From contig OX597815.1 in the NCBI GenBank assembly GCA_951406725.2, forward strand, positions 212,722,001 through 212,786,000: a DNA stretch of 64,000 nt, read 5' to 3'. A program made the position numbers and the translations under genes. The first letter of the stretch is position 1; every line of letters starts with the position of its first letter. Origin of the DNA: Octopus vulgaris. Its lineage: Eukaryota. Shown here one piece after another: positions 25,421 through 36,917 of the stretch. Below the pieces are notes generated by a model. It was not told where the DNA came from, ran no database searches, and saw only the letters and a list, made by a program, of their open reading frames with translations.

Positions 25421-25813
25421 CCTCGTCTGGCACCTTGTGTCGGTGGCACATAAGAAAAAACACCGAAAACACCATATCCGAGCGTGGCCGTCTGCCAGCC
25501 TCGTCTGGCACCTGCGTCGGTGGCACATAAAAAACACCATCCGAGCGTGGCCGTCTGCCAGCCTCGTCTGGCACCTGCGTCGGTGGCACATAAAAACACC
25601 ATCCGAGCGTGGCCGTCTGCCACCTGTGTCGGTGGCACATAAAATCACCCACTACACTCTCGGAGTGGTTGGCGTTAGGAAGGGCATCCAGCTGTAGAAA
25701 CACTGCCAGATCTGACTGGTCTGGTGTAGCCTTCGGGCTTGCCAGACCCCAGTTGAACCGTCCAACCCATGCTAGCATGGAAAGCGGGCGTTAAACGATG
25801 ATGATGATGATGA
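25421..25813 (+). mobile_element. Family B retroposon with 4 near-identical tandem modules
   Basis: About 62-bp unit CCTCGTCTGGCACCTGCGTCGGTGGCACATAAAAACACCATCCGAGCGTGGCCGTCTGCCAG repeated, then the core and (GAT)n. Confidence 0.92.
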
Positions 25814-25903
25814 TATTACATATATATAAGAGTGATGACCACTAAGTGGACATCCATTATGCTAAATGTAGACCCCCCAGTGTTTAAATTTATATATATA
25901 TAT

Positions 25904-26190
25904 TCATCATCATCATCGTTCAACATCCATTTTCCATGTTGGCATGGGTTGGACGGTTTGACTGAGGTTTGGCAAGCCAGTGGGCTGCACCAGGCTCCAA
26001 TCTAATCTGGCAGTGTTTCTACAGCTGGATGCCCTTCCTAACACCAACCACTCCAATAGTGTCACTGGCACGGGAGCCAGTCAGGCGACCCTGGCATCGA
26101 TCACGTTCGGATGGAGCATTTTACATGCCACCAGTATGGGAGCCAGTCAGGGGGCACTGGCCACGCCCACGATTTCGATTTTACTTGACT
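25904..26190 (-). mobile_element. Family B retroposon
   Basis: (CAT)n tail and core; tail-to-tail with 25421-25813. Confidence 0.85.
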
Positions 26191-26473
26191 CAACAGTTCT
26201 TCTGAAGCATATCATATCGCCCAACACCTCATATATATATATATATATATATCTTATAATTAAGGGCTAAAGAAGGTTATTCTAAAGCCAATACACTGAT
26301 TTATCCACTTATAATCCACTTGTTACAGGAAAATTGAACTGAAAGCGGGCAACTAACCTTTAGAAAATTTAAATTTCGTTATCTCTATATTGAATCAATT
26401 TCGGAATTAATCGCTATAAAGGATACATTCTTCTTCAGTAGCGCTTACGAGGCAACATAAATAAAATACTCAC

Positions 26474-26528
26474 ATGTGATCATGGAAAAAGCAGAAGCTA
26501 AAAACATAACTACATCTAAGTACATCAT
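26474..26528 (-). CDS. Candidate first coding exon encoding a signal-peptide-like stretch (MMYLDVVMFLASAFSMIT, phase-1 donor)
   Basis: Acceptor TTTTTATTTTTAG| at 26535/26534, ATG at 26528, hydrophobic 18-mer, donor CAT|GTGAGT at 26474/26473. It lies 2.2 kb downstream of the minus-strand donor at 28742. Confidence 0.35.
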
Positions 26529-26571
26529 TTATATCTAAAAATAAAAATTCCTTGGTCAGTCTATATATATA

Positions 26572-27153
26572 CTGGCCTCCATCTGTCGTTAATGACCATG
26601 GACCATGAATCAAGGTTCAAGTTTTCCGCCCTACTGAAACAGTATTGTCTGTAACTGAAGTGACTGAACTGTGTGATGTAAAACAAACAAAAAAAAGAAA
26701 AAGAAAAAAGGGGGTAATGTCTGCCCCACAAACATTTGTGGTCTGACCCAGTGTTGTTTGGTTGTTGCAGTACCATCTTTCCAGAATGAGATGTTCAATA
26801 GGATCGAACATGTGCCAGTATGGGATAGAGCAGTGCTCTGCAGCCTGCCTAGCATCGTCTTGTGACACACCAGTGTGCCATGGCATACCGGTTTTGGAGC
26901 GCTGGCATAGAGGGCCAGTTGTCCATGCAGGTGTGTCCTCCCACTCCATGTGACTGTTGGATCCAAAGGAACAGCATAGCCGCTACAATCTGGCACATTG
27001 TTGCGGGAGTTGCCAGAACAGGGCTGCAGACAACATCAAACTGCCTTATAGGGTCAAGCCAATGATTATTCTTCATGGTCGAATTCCAAAGTCCTTCTCA
27101 TACCTGGATATAACCGCAGGGTAGTGGAGGTTTGCAATCAGGATTTTCTTCCC
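26572..27153 (-). mobile_element. RTE-related non-autonomous retroposon fragment
   Basis: GC-richer block between (TA)n tracts. The minus strand starts GGGAAGAAAATCCTGATTGCAAACCTCCACTACCCTGCGGTTATATCCA, resembling RTE-clade 5' UTRs as I recall them. Confidence 0.45.
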
Positions 27154-27429
27154 TATATACATATGTATCTACATACATATCAACATACACAAACATATAC
27201 TTACGTATACATAAATTTCATACACACAAATATATACATACATACATTACATAGATATATATATTATATACACACATACATATAGATATATATATACACA
27301 CACTCATATAAATATAATATATATATACACACAGAGTTATTCAATTATCTCTTTCGCATTCATATATAAACAGTTTAGGTCTTAATTATAAAATAATATG
27401 AAACCCTTATTCTATGCTAATTTAGTTAA

Positions 27430-27547
27430 TTTTGTCAAGTCCCCCGTTTCAGCTCGTAAGATAGAAATTTAAATGTGATAAAATATTTTAAAAGAAATTT
27501 AAAGTGCCTACGTGATAACTGTAAGCCTAATTTTGGGCCACACTGTA
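27430..27547. mobile_element. Tc1/mariner-type terminal fragment
   Basis: Ends ...ACTGTAAGCCTAATTTTGGGCCACACTG-TA (TA-CAGTGTGGCCCAAAA on the minus strand); the partner end was not found. Confidence 0.45.
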
Positions 27548-28741
27548 TATACACACACACACATGCATATGTATATATATACACACGCACACAGACATAG
27601 AGACAACATGTATATATATATACACACACACACACACAACATGTATACACATATATGCATTCACACGACAAAACCATACACTTTATATGTGTGTGTGTGT
27701 ATATATATATATATACATTTATAAATTTATACGAATACACACATTACATGCATGCAATATGTATATACATGTGTATATGCGTGTGTATAACCTACTAAAC
27801 TAGATTTACACTGACTCAAGGGTCTAGAGTTTCGTGCCAATATACAAATGTGTGTGTGTGTAATATATATATACCTTTAATAAGAGTACTGACACACCCT
27901 ATAGTCTTAGAGATATATTGAAAGAAGCGCCTTTCTAGTTCGCCGCTGCAAACGACTTCATTCCATTCGAATAAAATATAAGTTTACAAGGTTTCGTTTT
28001 TCTTTTCTTTTTTTTCAAATATTAATAGAATACCTGATCATATTCTTATACACATACATGATTATATATTGAAGAAACTTCGTTAATTTTCATAGTACAA
28101 TAAATAATTAGCTGAAAATAGATGCTTAAGAAATTCTTTGATAAGGTCGTCCGGTCTTTGTTATAATTACTGGAAAGAAAACAATCCCAAGAAGAAGAAT
28201 TTGTATTGAAAATTTTCGAAGTAAATGAAAAATAGTTTAATAATGTCCAGAATGAATATCTTAACACTTTTTCCCTCTAAATCCTTAAAGCCACGCGGTT
28301 TATATTAATAGCACAACGTTCATGGTGAGACAAGGGAGAAAGAAAAAAGGGGAGAAATATTGATCCCTTTAGAGTAAATTATAGCAATTTTACTATAAAT
28401 TGGTTTTAAATAATTAGAAGGGATCATTTGTAGTTTAAAAGGGTTCACAAAGATATTAAGGCAATGAAAATGTGTATTTAAGGAACAGTGATGAGCGGAA
28501 GGGCGCGCATTGCATGTCAGGAAATGGGGGTCCAATTCGTAGTTGATCCCTTTAAATAAAATGATCCCCCATAAAACTGGCTATTCAACAACAACAAAGC
28601 ATGACTTGCCTCAGACACCTTTAAACACTTTCTATTTCAATCTTTCTCTATCTTTCGTCTTTTCTGCATCTCAACTAATTTTCAGAAAAACCTCAAGGTT
28701 TCATGAATGTACAAAATGTGATTAAGAAACAGGTTCCTTAC

Positions 28742-29420
28742 CCGATTATGCGTACATTTCCTTTCGTTCCCTCGAAAAAGCCACTGAATTAGTCATCCTT
28801 CTTCTTCTTATTATTATTATTCTTCTTTTTTAATTTTCCACTCTTCGTTCTATGTTCAATAATTTTCTCTATCGTTATTGTTTCTTATATATACATATAT
28901 ATATTTTTTTTTTCCGAAATTATCTCAGCAATTAATAAACGAAATAAAACGAAATAACATCCTGTTAATTAATTAACTACGGCTAATTAATTGCATCCGA
29001 ACATCTTTTTTTCTGCTTTCTTTACTAACTTGCACATTTGTTTTTCCGTCTCTTTTACTTTTTCCTGCCTAAATTAAGAAGTAAAAGAAACTATTTCGGT
29101 AACTTGACCGAAATATAAGAGAGAAGGTAAGATTCGATCCATGTTTCTCCAAGCGGCGTGCTTTCCCAAAATAATAACAAGTGCGGCGAGGAAAGGTTGG
29201 AAAAAAATTCTCCAATAACGGCCAACGGAGGAGAAGGAGGAGGAGGTGTGTTGAGTGAGAGGAACAGAAAGTGCGAAGTGTTTCACGAGAGAAAGCCTCC
29301 CCGACTCTGCCCTTATCTTAACAGAGGGGGTGGGAGTGTCAGTGACGTCATAAACACCGTGAAGACGTAGTGGGAGGAAGTTTGGAGGTGGTCACACGAA
29401 CGAGTACCTTGGTAACGCTT
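28742..29420 (-). promoter_or_regulatory. Candidate promoter with perfect CRE and non-coding first exon
   Basis: Repeat-free and CpG-richer. TGACGTCA at 29343-29350 next to GGGGGTGGGAG; minus-strand donor CGG|GTAAGG at 28742/28741. A plus-strand AAG|GTAAGA at 29126/29127 leaves the direction uncertain. Confidence 0.5.
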
Positions 29421-29475
29421 ACGCCGTGTACTGTGTGCATACGCATGTGAACGTTATACTAACCGATACATGCTC

Positions 29476-29531
29476 ATATATATATACGTGTGTGTGTGTA
29501 TATATATATATATAGAGAGAGAGAGAGATGC

Positions 29532-29565
<34 letters not shown>

Positions 29566-29591
29566 ATATATATAGAGAGAGAGAGAGATGC

Positions 29592-29625
<34 letters not shown>

Positions 29626-29650
29626 ATATATATAGATAGAGAGAGATGGA
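29476..29650. repeat. Higher-order compound microsatellite, about 60-bp unit x3
   Basis: [(AT)n(GT)n(AT)n(AG)nATGC] repeated three times. Confidence 0.9.
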
Positions 29651-30226
29651 TACACACGTATAGGTATTGGTTTATGCACGCACGTTTACATATATGAACC
29701 TTATTCATAAAAGTATATGTGAAAATGTACATTATGTGTGTGTGTATGCATACCCGCACATATATACACATAAAATGTATGCATTCTACAAAAATAGTAG
29801 TGACCACAGCGTATGTTTATTCTTATGATGCTTTATTGCTGCTGTATATCAGATTTTTTAATCTTTAAACTTTCTACATTATATATATATATATACAAAC
29901 ACACACACACACACACATTCATACGTGCGCGCATCGATTTAGCACCGTGGCATGGGTTGGGTGTCACTTGTTGAGGCGGTATTCAACGGCTGGATGTCCA
30001 TGTCGCCAGTCCTGATTAAGTTAAAGTGCGTGTGTGTATGTGAGAGAGAGCACATCATATATATGTACATGTATATATTTCATCATCGTCATCATGGGTT
30101 GGACGGTCTGGCCAAGGCTGGTAAGCTGAGGGGCTGCACCAGACCCCTGTCTGATTTGTCATGGTTTCTACGGCTGGATGTCCTGCCCATCTATGTATAT
30201 GTGTATATACACACACACACACACGC

Positions 30227-30353
30227 AACCACATGGTTCCGGGTTCAGTCCCACTGTGTGGCACCTTGGGCAAGTGTCTTCTACTATAGCCTCGGGCCGA
30301 CCAAATTCTTGTGAGTGGATTTGGTAGACGGAAACTGAAAGAAGCCGGTCGTA

Positions 30354-30398
<45 letters not shown>

Positions 30399-30610
30399 GT
30401 ATGTGTTTGTGTGTCTGTGTTTGTCCCCCTAACATTGCTTGACAACCGATGCTGGTGTGTTTATGTCCCCGTTACTTAGCGGTTCAGCAAAAGAGACCGA
30501 TAGAATAAGTACTGGGCTTACAAAAGAATAAGTCCCAGGGTCGAGTTGCTCGATTAAAGGCGATGCTCCAGCATGGCCGCAGTCAAATGACTGAAACATG
30601 TAAAAGAGTA
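30227..30610 (+). mobile_element. Family A SINE
   Basis: AACCACATGGTTCCGGGTTCAGTCCCACTG...GACTGAAACATGTAAAAGAG. Confidence 0.92.
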
Positions 30611-30984
30611 TATATACACACACACACACACACATACGTTTATGTATTTGTTTTGCAAGATTTCTGATGTGAAACAGATTTTATATTTCGGGATGTTCTT
30701 TTTTGCCAAATCTGCATTATACGTCCTTCACTTCAGATTTGTTATTGTACTTTTTTTTTGTCTGGAAATCTTTTGTCCCACACCCTATAACCTCTTCGGC
30801 AACTCTCCATCCCACATATTTCCAGTTCTGTTAAATCCATTCCAATAAATATATAGAGCATATTTTTATTTAAGGAAAAAAAAAAACGACCATCCTAAAA
30901 TATAACATGGCCGATGCCTAGCAAAGTGAAACAGCAGACATGACTGATGTCAGCCAAGTGAGACGGTAGTGGTCGCCAATATTG

Positions 30985-31565
30985 GTGGCACATAAAAAAA
31001 CACCCACTACACTCTTGAAGTGGTTGACGTTAGGAAGGGCACCCAACCATAGAAATCTTCAGACCGGAACCTTGTACAGCTCCCATCTTTACCAGTTTTC
31101 AGTCAAACCATCCAACCCATGCCAGCATGGAAAGCAAACGTTAAATGACGATGATATATATATATGGCTGTGTGGTAAGTAGCTTGCTAACCAACCACAT
31201 GGTTCCGGGTTCAGTCCCACTGCGTGGCATCTTGAGCAAGTGTCTTCTGCTATAGCCCCGGGCCGACCAATGCCTTGTGAGTGGATTTGGTAGACGGAAA
31301 CTGAAAGAAGCCTGTTCGTATATATGTATATGTATATATATATGTATGTGTGTGTTTGTGTGTGTGTGTTTGTCCCCCTAGCATTGCTTGACAACCGATG
31401 CTGGTGTGTTTACGTCCCCATTACTTAGCGGTTCGGCAAAAGAGACCGATAGAATAAGTACTGGGCTTACAAAGAATAAGTTCCGGGGTCGATTTGCTCA
31501 ACTAAAGGCGGTGCTCCAGCATGGCCGCAGTCAAATGACTGAAACAAGTAAAAAAAAAAAAAAGA
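30985..31565 (+). mobile_element. Family B copy (30985-31155) followed by a family A SINE (31164-31565)
   Basis: Family B core and (GAT)n tail, then the family A head and full body. Confidence 0.88.
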
Positions 31566-31645
31566 GTATATATATATATATGTATCGTTGTTTTAGCAAT
31601 CATTAAAATAAGTATTGCAATCAATTTCAGCAACTAAGACACACT

Positions 31646-31743
31646 TGACAGTGGAGCCCTGGCATGACAGGGGAGCCCTGACAGGGGAGCCCTGACAGGG
31701 GAGCCCTGACAGGGGAGCCCTGACAGGGGAGCCCTGGCAGGGG
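31646..31743. repeat. 14-bp minisatellite TGACAGGGGAGCCC, 5 exact copies plus 2 degenerate
   Basis: Read directly; lies just upstream of a family B copy (about 31785-31952). Confidence 0.95.
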
Positions 31744-32364
31744 CTGCTGTCCAGCACTCAAGCTGGTATTACATTAAAAGCACTGGGGCTGGTGCTATGT
31801 AAAAGGCCCTCAGTGGAGTGGTTGGCAACTCCAGCTGTAGAAACCATGCCAAAACAGACAATAGAGCCTGGTGCAGCCCCTGGCCTTACCACTTCTGGTC
31901 AAACTGTGCAACCTATGTTAACATGAAAAATAGAGGTTAAACAATGATGATGATCGTCATCATCATCATTTTACCATGGACTGAGTGAGTACTCTCCAAC
32001 ACATCATCTTGCCATTCATTGTAATCCATTTTTGTCATCCCAATTGAGTTCAGCATCATGTGTTTTGTCAACACAGGACAGTACAACTTTCACCCTCTCT
32101 ACTTGTCAACACAAAGAGGTCAATTCTCTTACTCTTTCTCTCTCTCCTTTTCCCACGGGTCTTCTAGCAATCACTCACAGATGAAGTTAACAACCTACAA
32201 AATAGATAACAGGACTGCAAATCATCTGTGTATCTGTTGTGTGGACACCCCCAGACGATGAAGTAGACAAGTAAAAGTGGCTTACTACAGAGGAGATACA
32301 TGGATACTCACATTATGAGGATGCATGGTAGTAATTAGAAAGAGGATAATAAAGCTGGTATGTA

Positions 32365-32403
<39 letters not shown>

Positions 32404-32527
32404 TCAAAATAAGCAACAAGAATATCAGCAAGAATCACCCCATGGATTTATATGGATAACACCATACAAAATTCTGGCGCATCTAATTTAAGTACCACAT
32501 TCATTTGAATCTAAATTTTGCTATATA

Positions 32528-32823
32528 TACCGGAGTAAGCACATAGATGTGAAACAAGGTGGAAAAAGGAGTACTCAAATACCAGAGGTAGAGTAATATG
32601 CTTTATTTAAAAGCAGCAGAAATATAACAAAAGCTGTTACTCGGAGTTTCACGTTCCTGTTTGTCGGACGGTTTTGTTGAAATAGAACCAAAATAACAAT
32701 TTGATCAAAACTAGCTAAATTGTTATTTTGGTTCTATTTTAACAAAACTGTCTGACGAACGGGAACGTGAAACTCCGAGTAACAGCTTTTGTTATATTTC
32801 TGCTGCTTTTAAATAAAGCATAT
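32528..32823. mobile_element. Penelope-like non-autonomous element with 107-bp inverted arms
   Basis: Arms 32596-32702 and 32717-32823, 14-nt loop, extra tail 32528-32595, TA-repeat flanks, and a hammerhead motif in each arm. Confidence 0.8.
32744..32790 (+). ncRNA. Minimal type I hammerhead ribozyme motif
   Basis: Stem I AAAACTGT/ACAG(C)TTTT; core CTGACGA 32752-32758; stem II ACG-GGAA-CGT; GAAA 32769-32772; stem III CTC-C-GAG; GUA triplet with predicted cleavage after 32781. Confidence 0.75.
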
Positions 32824-33369
32824 ATAGATGCATGTATCATTGTCATCATCATTTAACATTTGCTTTCCATGCTGGCATGGGTGGGTTGGTTGGTTGATTT
32901 GACATGGAGTTGGCCAGCTGTGAACTTCCCAGACTCCAACTGTCTGTTGTGGCATGGTTTCTACAGCGGGATGCCCTTCCCAATGCCAACCACTTAACAA
33001 AGTGTGCTGGGTGCTTTTTACATCCCACCAGCATGGAAAATATATGTGTGTGTGTGTGTGTGTGTGTATTTTATTGACCACACATATTCAGTGTCTGTGT
33101 TTTGTTTGTTCACTGGTTTGTTGCAATATCGTGCCCGAGAGACGACTTCCTCATTATGCAGGGCATTAAAACACCTGAAGTCATCAACAGGTAAGACAAT
33201 GAGTTTTTTCACCTGTCTATGGCTTCAGGTGTTTTAACACTCAGTGTAATAAGGGCATTGTTCGCCAGGCATTGTGCTGCAGCTCACCACCGAACAAAGA
33301 CGCACAGACATTAACTATGCACAGTCAATAATTTTTACAACATTAGTGATGCTTTTAATTTGCTTTTGA

Positions 33370-33587
33370 ATACACACACATTTGTGTGTGTGTGTATGTA
33401 TTTATATATATATATATATACACACACACATATATATATCTTATATATATGTATATATATATAAATATATATGTATATTATATATGTATATATATATATA
33501 TTATATATATATGTATATATATAAATATATATGTATATTATATACATATATATATACATATTTATATATATATACACACATGCACAC

Positions 33588-33635
<48 letters not shown>

Positions 33636-33650
33636 TGTATATATATATGT
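33370..33650. repeat. TA/CA-rich compound microsatellite
   Basis: Read directly; it generates several spurious ORFs. Confidence 0.95.
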
Positions 33651-34766
33651 GCCACAATTGTAGTTTGTTGTTTCAGTCTTTTCTATTTACCATTGCTGTT
33701 ATTATTTCTAGAATTATTTTAAAAAAAGTAATTATCCCTAATTATAGAAGATTTTAATTGAATTGCTTTTAATAATACTTTCCATGATTCACAATTATAT
33801 ATAAATATTTTTCTTTTTTTCCTTCTTTTAGACCATTGTTGGCATTTAGCATTGTAAAACATGTTCTGTTTGCTGCTTTCTACACACAAATGCAGACCAA
33901 TTTTTAATTGTATTTTCATTTTATCTACAATTAAAAAAAAAAATTAATTGTTGCTAATGTTATTAAAAGCAAAAAAAGTAAATATAGTGATGGTGCAGGG
34001 ATGGATGTGGGGCTAAGAAGCTTGCTTTGTAACCTTTTGTTTGGGGTTCAAGTCCACTGCACCACACCGTGGGCAAGTGTCGTTTACTATAGCCCTGGAC
34101 AGACCAATACCTTTGTGAGTGAATTTTGGTAGGTGGAAACTGCATAGAAGCTATCATATATGTATATGTTTTATATATATATATATATAGCATGGAAAAC
34201 GGACGCTAAACGATGATGATGATATATATTTATATATATAATTATTTGGATGGGTCGAAACGATGGGTTGAGCTGTGTTGAATAAAGATTTGTACCAAAT
34301 ACATTTTCTGTTTCCCTCATCAATTATGTGTATGTGACTAGGCTTGTCTGCCCCCACTTTACAACTTGTGTTAATTTGTCTACATCTCTGACTTTGTGTT
34401 TTAGTAAAAGCAATCAATAGAATAGGTACCAGACAGACAGACAAGCAGGCAGGCAGGCATGAGCAAATCACTAATACGTGTGAGTTGTCTTCCATACAAC
34501 TCCAGAAACTCAAGTACCGACCCTTTTGTGATTACATTTCTAATAAACAGACTTCTTATGTGTTTCAATTAATTTTAATCCCAACTGAAATTTGGAGAGG
34601 TTTTGTAAAATACCATTTTTCTTTTACTTATTTCAGGCATTCAAGGATTTAGTCAAACAAATTGAGCCCCACTACTTATTTCTAAGTTTGGTACTTATCT
34701 ATCAATCACTTTTTGCCAAACTGCTAAGTTATAGGAATATTGACTTAGAAAAGTAAGTAGTGGTAT

Positions 34767-35157
34767 AGGCATAGGAGTGGCTGTGTGGTAAGTAGCTTGC
34801 TTGCCAACCACATGGTTCCAGGTTCAGTCCCACTGCATGGCACCTTGGGCAAGTGTGTTCTACTATAGCCTCGGGCTGACCAAAGCCTTGTGAGTGGAGT
34901 TGGTAGATGGAAACTGAAAGAAGCCTATCATATATGTGTGTGTATATATATATATATATATGTATGTGTTTGTCCCCCCAACATCGCTTGACAACCGATG
35001 CTGGTGTGTTTACGTCCCCCGTAACTTAGCAGTTCAGCAAAAGAGACCGATAGAATAAGTACTAGGCTTACAAAGAATAAGTGCTGAGGTCGATTTGCTC
35101 GACTAAAGGCAGTGCTCCAGCATGGTCACAGTCAAATGACTGAAACAAGTAAAGGAG
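34767..35157 (+). mobile_element. Full family A SINE
   Basis: GGCATAGGAGTGGCTGTGTGGTAAG head through GACTGAAACAAGTAAAGGAG tail. Confidence 0.92.
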
Positions 35158-35791
35158 TGGTGTTGAGTTTCACTAAACCCTTCTAGGCAGTGTCCCTACA
35201 AGGTGCCAGTTCCAGTGACAGAAACAAGTAAAAAAAAAAAGAAAAGAGTTTTTTGAATCGTAAATTTAATGTTTCCATCACAAAAAAAGTCATTTGCTGA
35301 TTTGACTAATGCTACAATATTTACAATTGAAAGGAGTTCAAATTCTGCCGAAGTTGACTTTGCCTTTCATCCTTTCGGGGTCGATAAATTAAGTACCAGT
35401 TGCATACTAGGGTCAATCTAATTGACTGGCCCCCACCTCCCCAAAAATTTCGGGTCTTCTGCCCAGAGTAGAAAAGAATATTTACAATTGAATAATGCAT
35501 CCTGTAGCTAGTATTTTCTGAGGGTTTTTTTTCTTGTATCTTTTATTTGTTTTAGTTATTGGTTGAGCAGTCACGTTGGGGTTCCACCTTGAGGGGTCTT
35601 ACTTGAACAAATATTTATCCTAGAGTCTCTTTTGCTAAACTGCCAAGTAATGGGAGTGTAATTAAACCTACTACACTGGTTGTCAAGCTCTGAGTGGGGA
35701 CAAACACAGACACAAATACACATATATATGCAAACACACATGCATATACAAATACACACACACACATGTATATGTATAAGTGTGTGTGTGT

Positions 35792-36135
35792 GAAAGTACA
35801 TGGTTCAGTGGTTACAGCGTCAGGCTCACAATCATGAGGTAGTGAGTTTGATTCCTGGATCAGACTGTGTGTTGTGTTCATAAGTAAGACACTTCAATTT
35901 CACATTGCTCCAGTTCACTCAGCTGTAGAGATGAGTTGCAGCATCACTGGTGCCAAGCTGTATCATCCCCTTTGCCTCTCCTTTGGATAACATCAATGGT
36001 ATTGAGAGGGGAGGCCAGTATGCATGGACAACCACTGGTCTTCCATAAACAACCTTGCCCAGACTTGTGCCTCAGAGAGTAACTTTCTAGGTGCAATCCC
36101 ATGGATATTCACGACCGAAGGGTGTCTGTACCCTT
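35792..36135 (+). mobile_element. Family E tRNA-derived SINE
   Basis: A-box-like TGGTTCAGTGG, B-box-like GAGTTTGATTCC, core CTCCAGTTCACTCAGCTGTAGA, tail TAACTTTCTAGGTGCAATCCCATGG; homologous to 54752-55078. Confidence 0.85.
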
Positions 36136-36369
36136 TTACACACACACTCTCACACACATATATATGTGTGTGTGTGTGTGTGTGTAAATCAAGCAGAAAA
36201 TTGAGAAATTTCTCCATTTTCTGCTTAATTTAAATTTGATTCCTCATAAACTCTGGTTTATTTTTGTTATTACCTGTATCCTACGAGCATAATATGCTTG
36301 CATATGTATGCCCAGGGTTAACATAAGTAATTTATACCGGTAGTAAAATAGATATTCTTATCTCTTAGA

Positions 36370-36882
36370 CAGTTATTCCAACTGCCTTTGGCAGTAATTA
36401 CAGCTTGAATTCTACTAGGTATGGACTAGTTCAAAGTTTGAATTGTTTCCAAAGAAATTGTTGTCCATTTTTCAGCTAAGACAGTCTCCAGTTCTTGTAG
36501 TGATGATGGTGGAGAGCTATCAACTCCTTACTTGTTTTGTTTTGATGAGGAGGTTTTTCCCTCTTTCTCAAAGACTGTCATTACTTTTGAGACAGTACTT
36601 CTTGATACACCAAACATTGTGGCTGTTTTCATTACGCTAGCACCTGCCATACAAGCACCAAGAATTTGACCTCCTTGAAAGTCCAATAGATCTGTCATTT
36701 TAATGAATTTTAATTACCTTTTTCTGATGATATCTGAAAAGAAACAGCAATTTTAGCAAACTTATTACGCAACACTAATAATAAGCCAAAAAACATAAAA
36801 ATAAACAAGCTTTTGACTGTTTTATAGATATTTCAAAATTATGATTCTATGATGCTAGATGTTTCCATTATTTTGTCCAACC

Positions 36883-36886
<4 letters not shown>
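36370..36886 (-). mobile_element. Internally deleted Tc1 transposon
   Basis: TA-CAGAGGTTGGACAAAATAATGGAAAC TIR. ATG at 36698 gives MTDLLDFQGGQILGACMAGASVMKTATMFGVSRSTVSKVM (Tc1 HTH), joined to C-terminal LQELETVLAEKW...SIPSRIQAVITAKG; the DDE core is missing. Confidence 0.88.

Positions 36887-36917
<31 letters not shown>

Noticed and set aside
25421-25640. CRISPR-like repeat-spacer pattern in family B modules
   Set aside because: The whole unit is repeated, there are no unique spacers and no cas genes.
27805-27840. Half hammerhead on the minus strand (CACGAAACTCTAGA)
   Set aside because: The CUGANGA box and stem II partner are absent.
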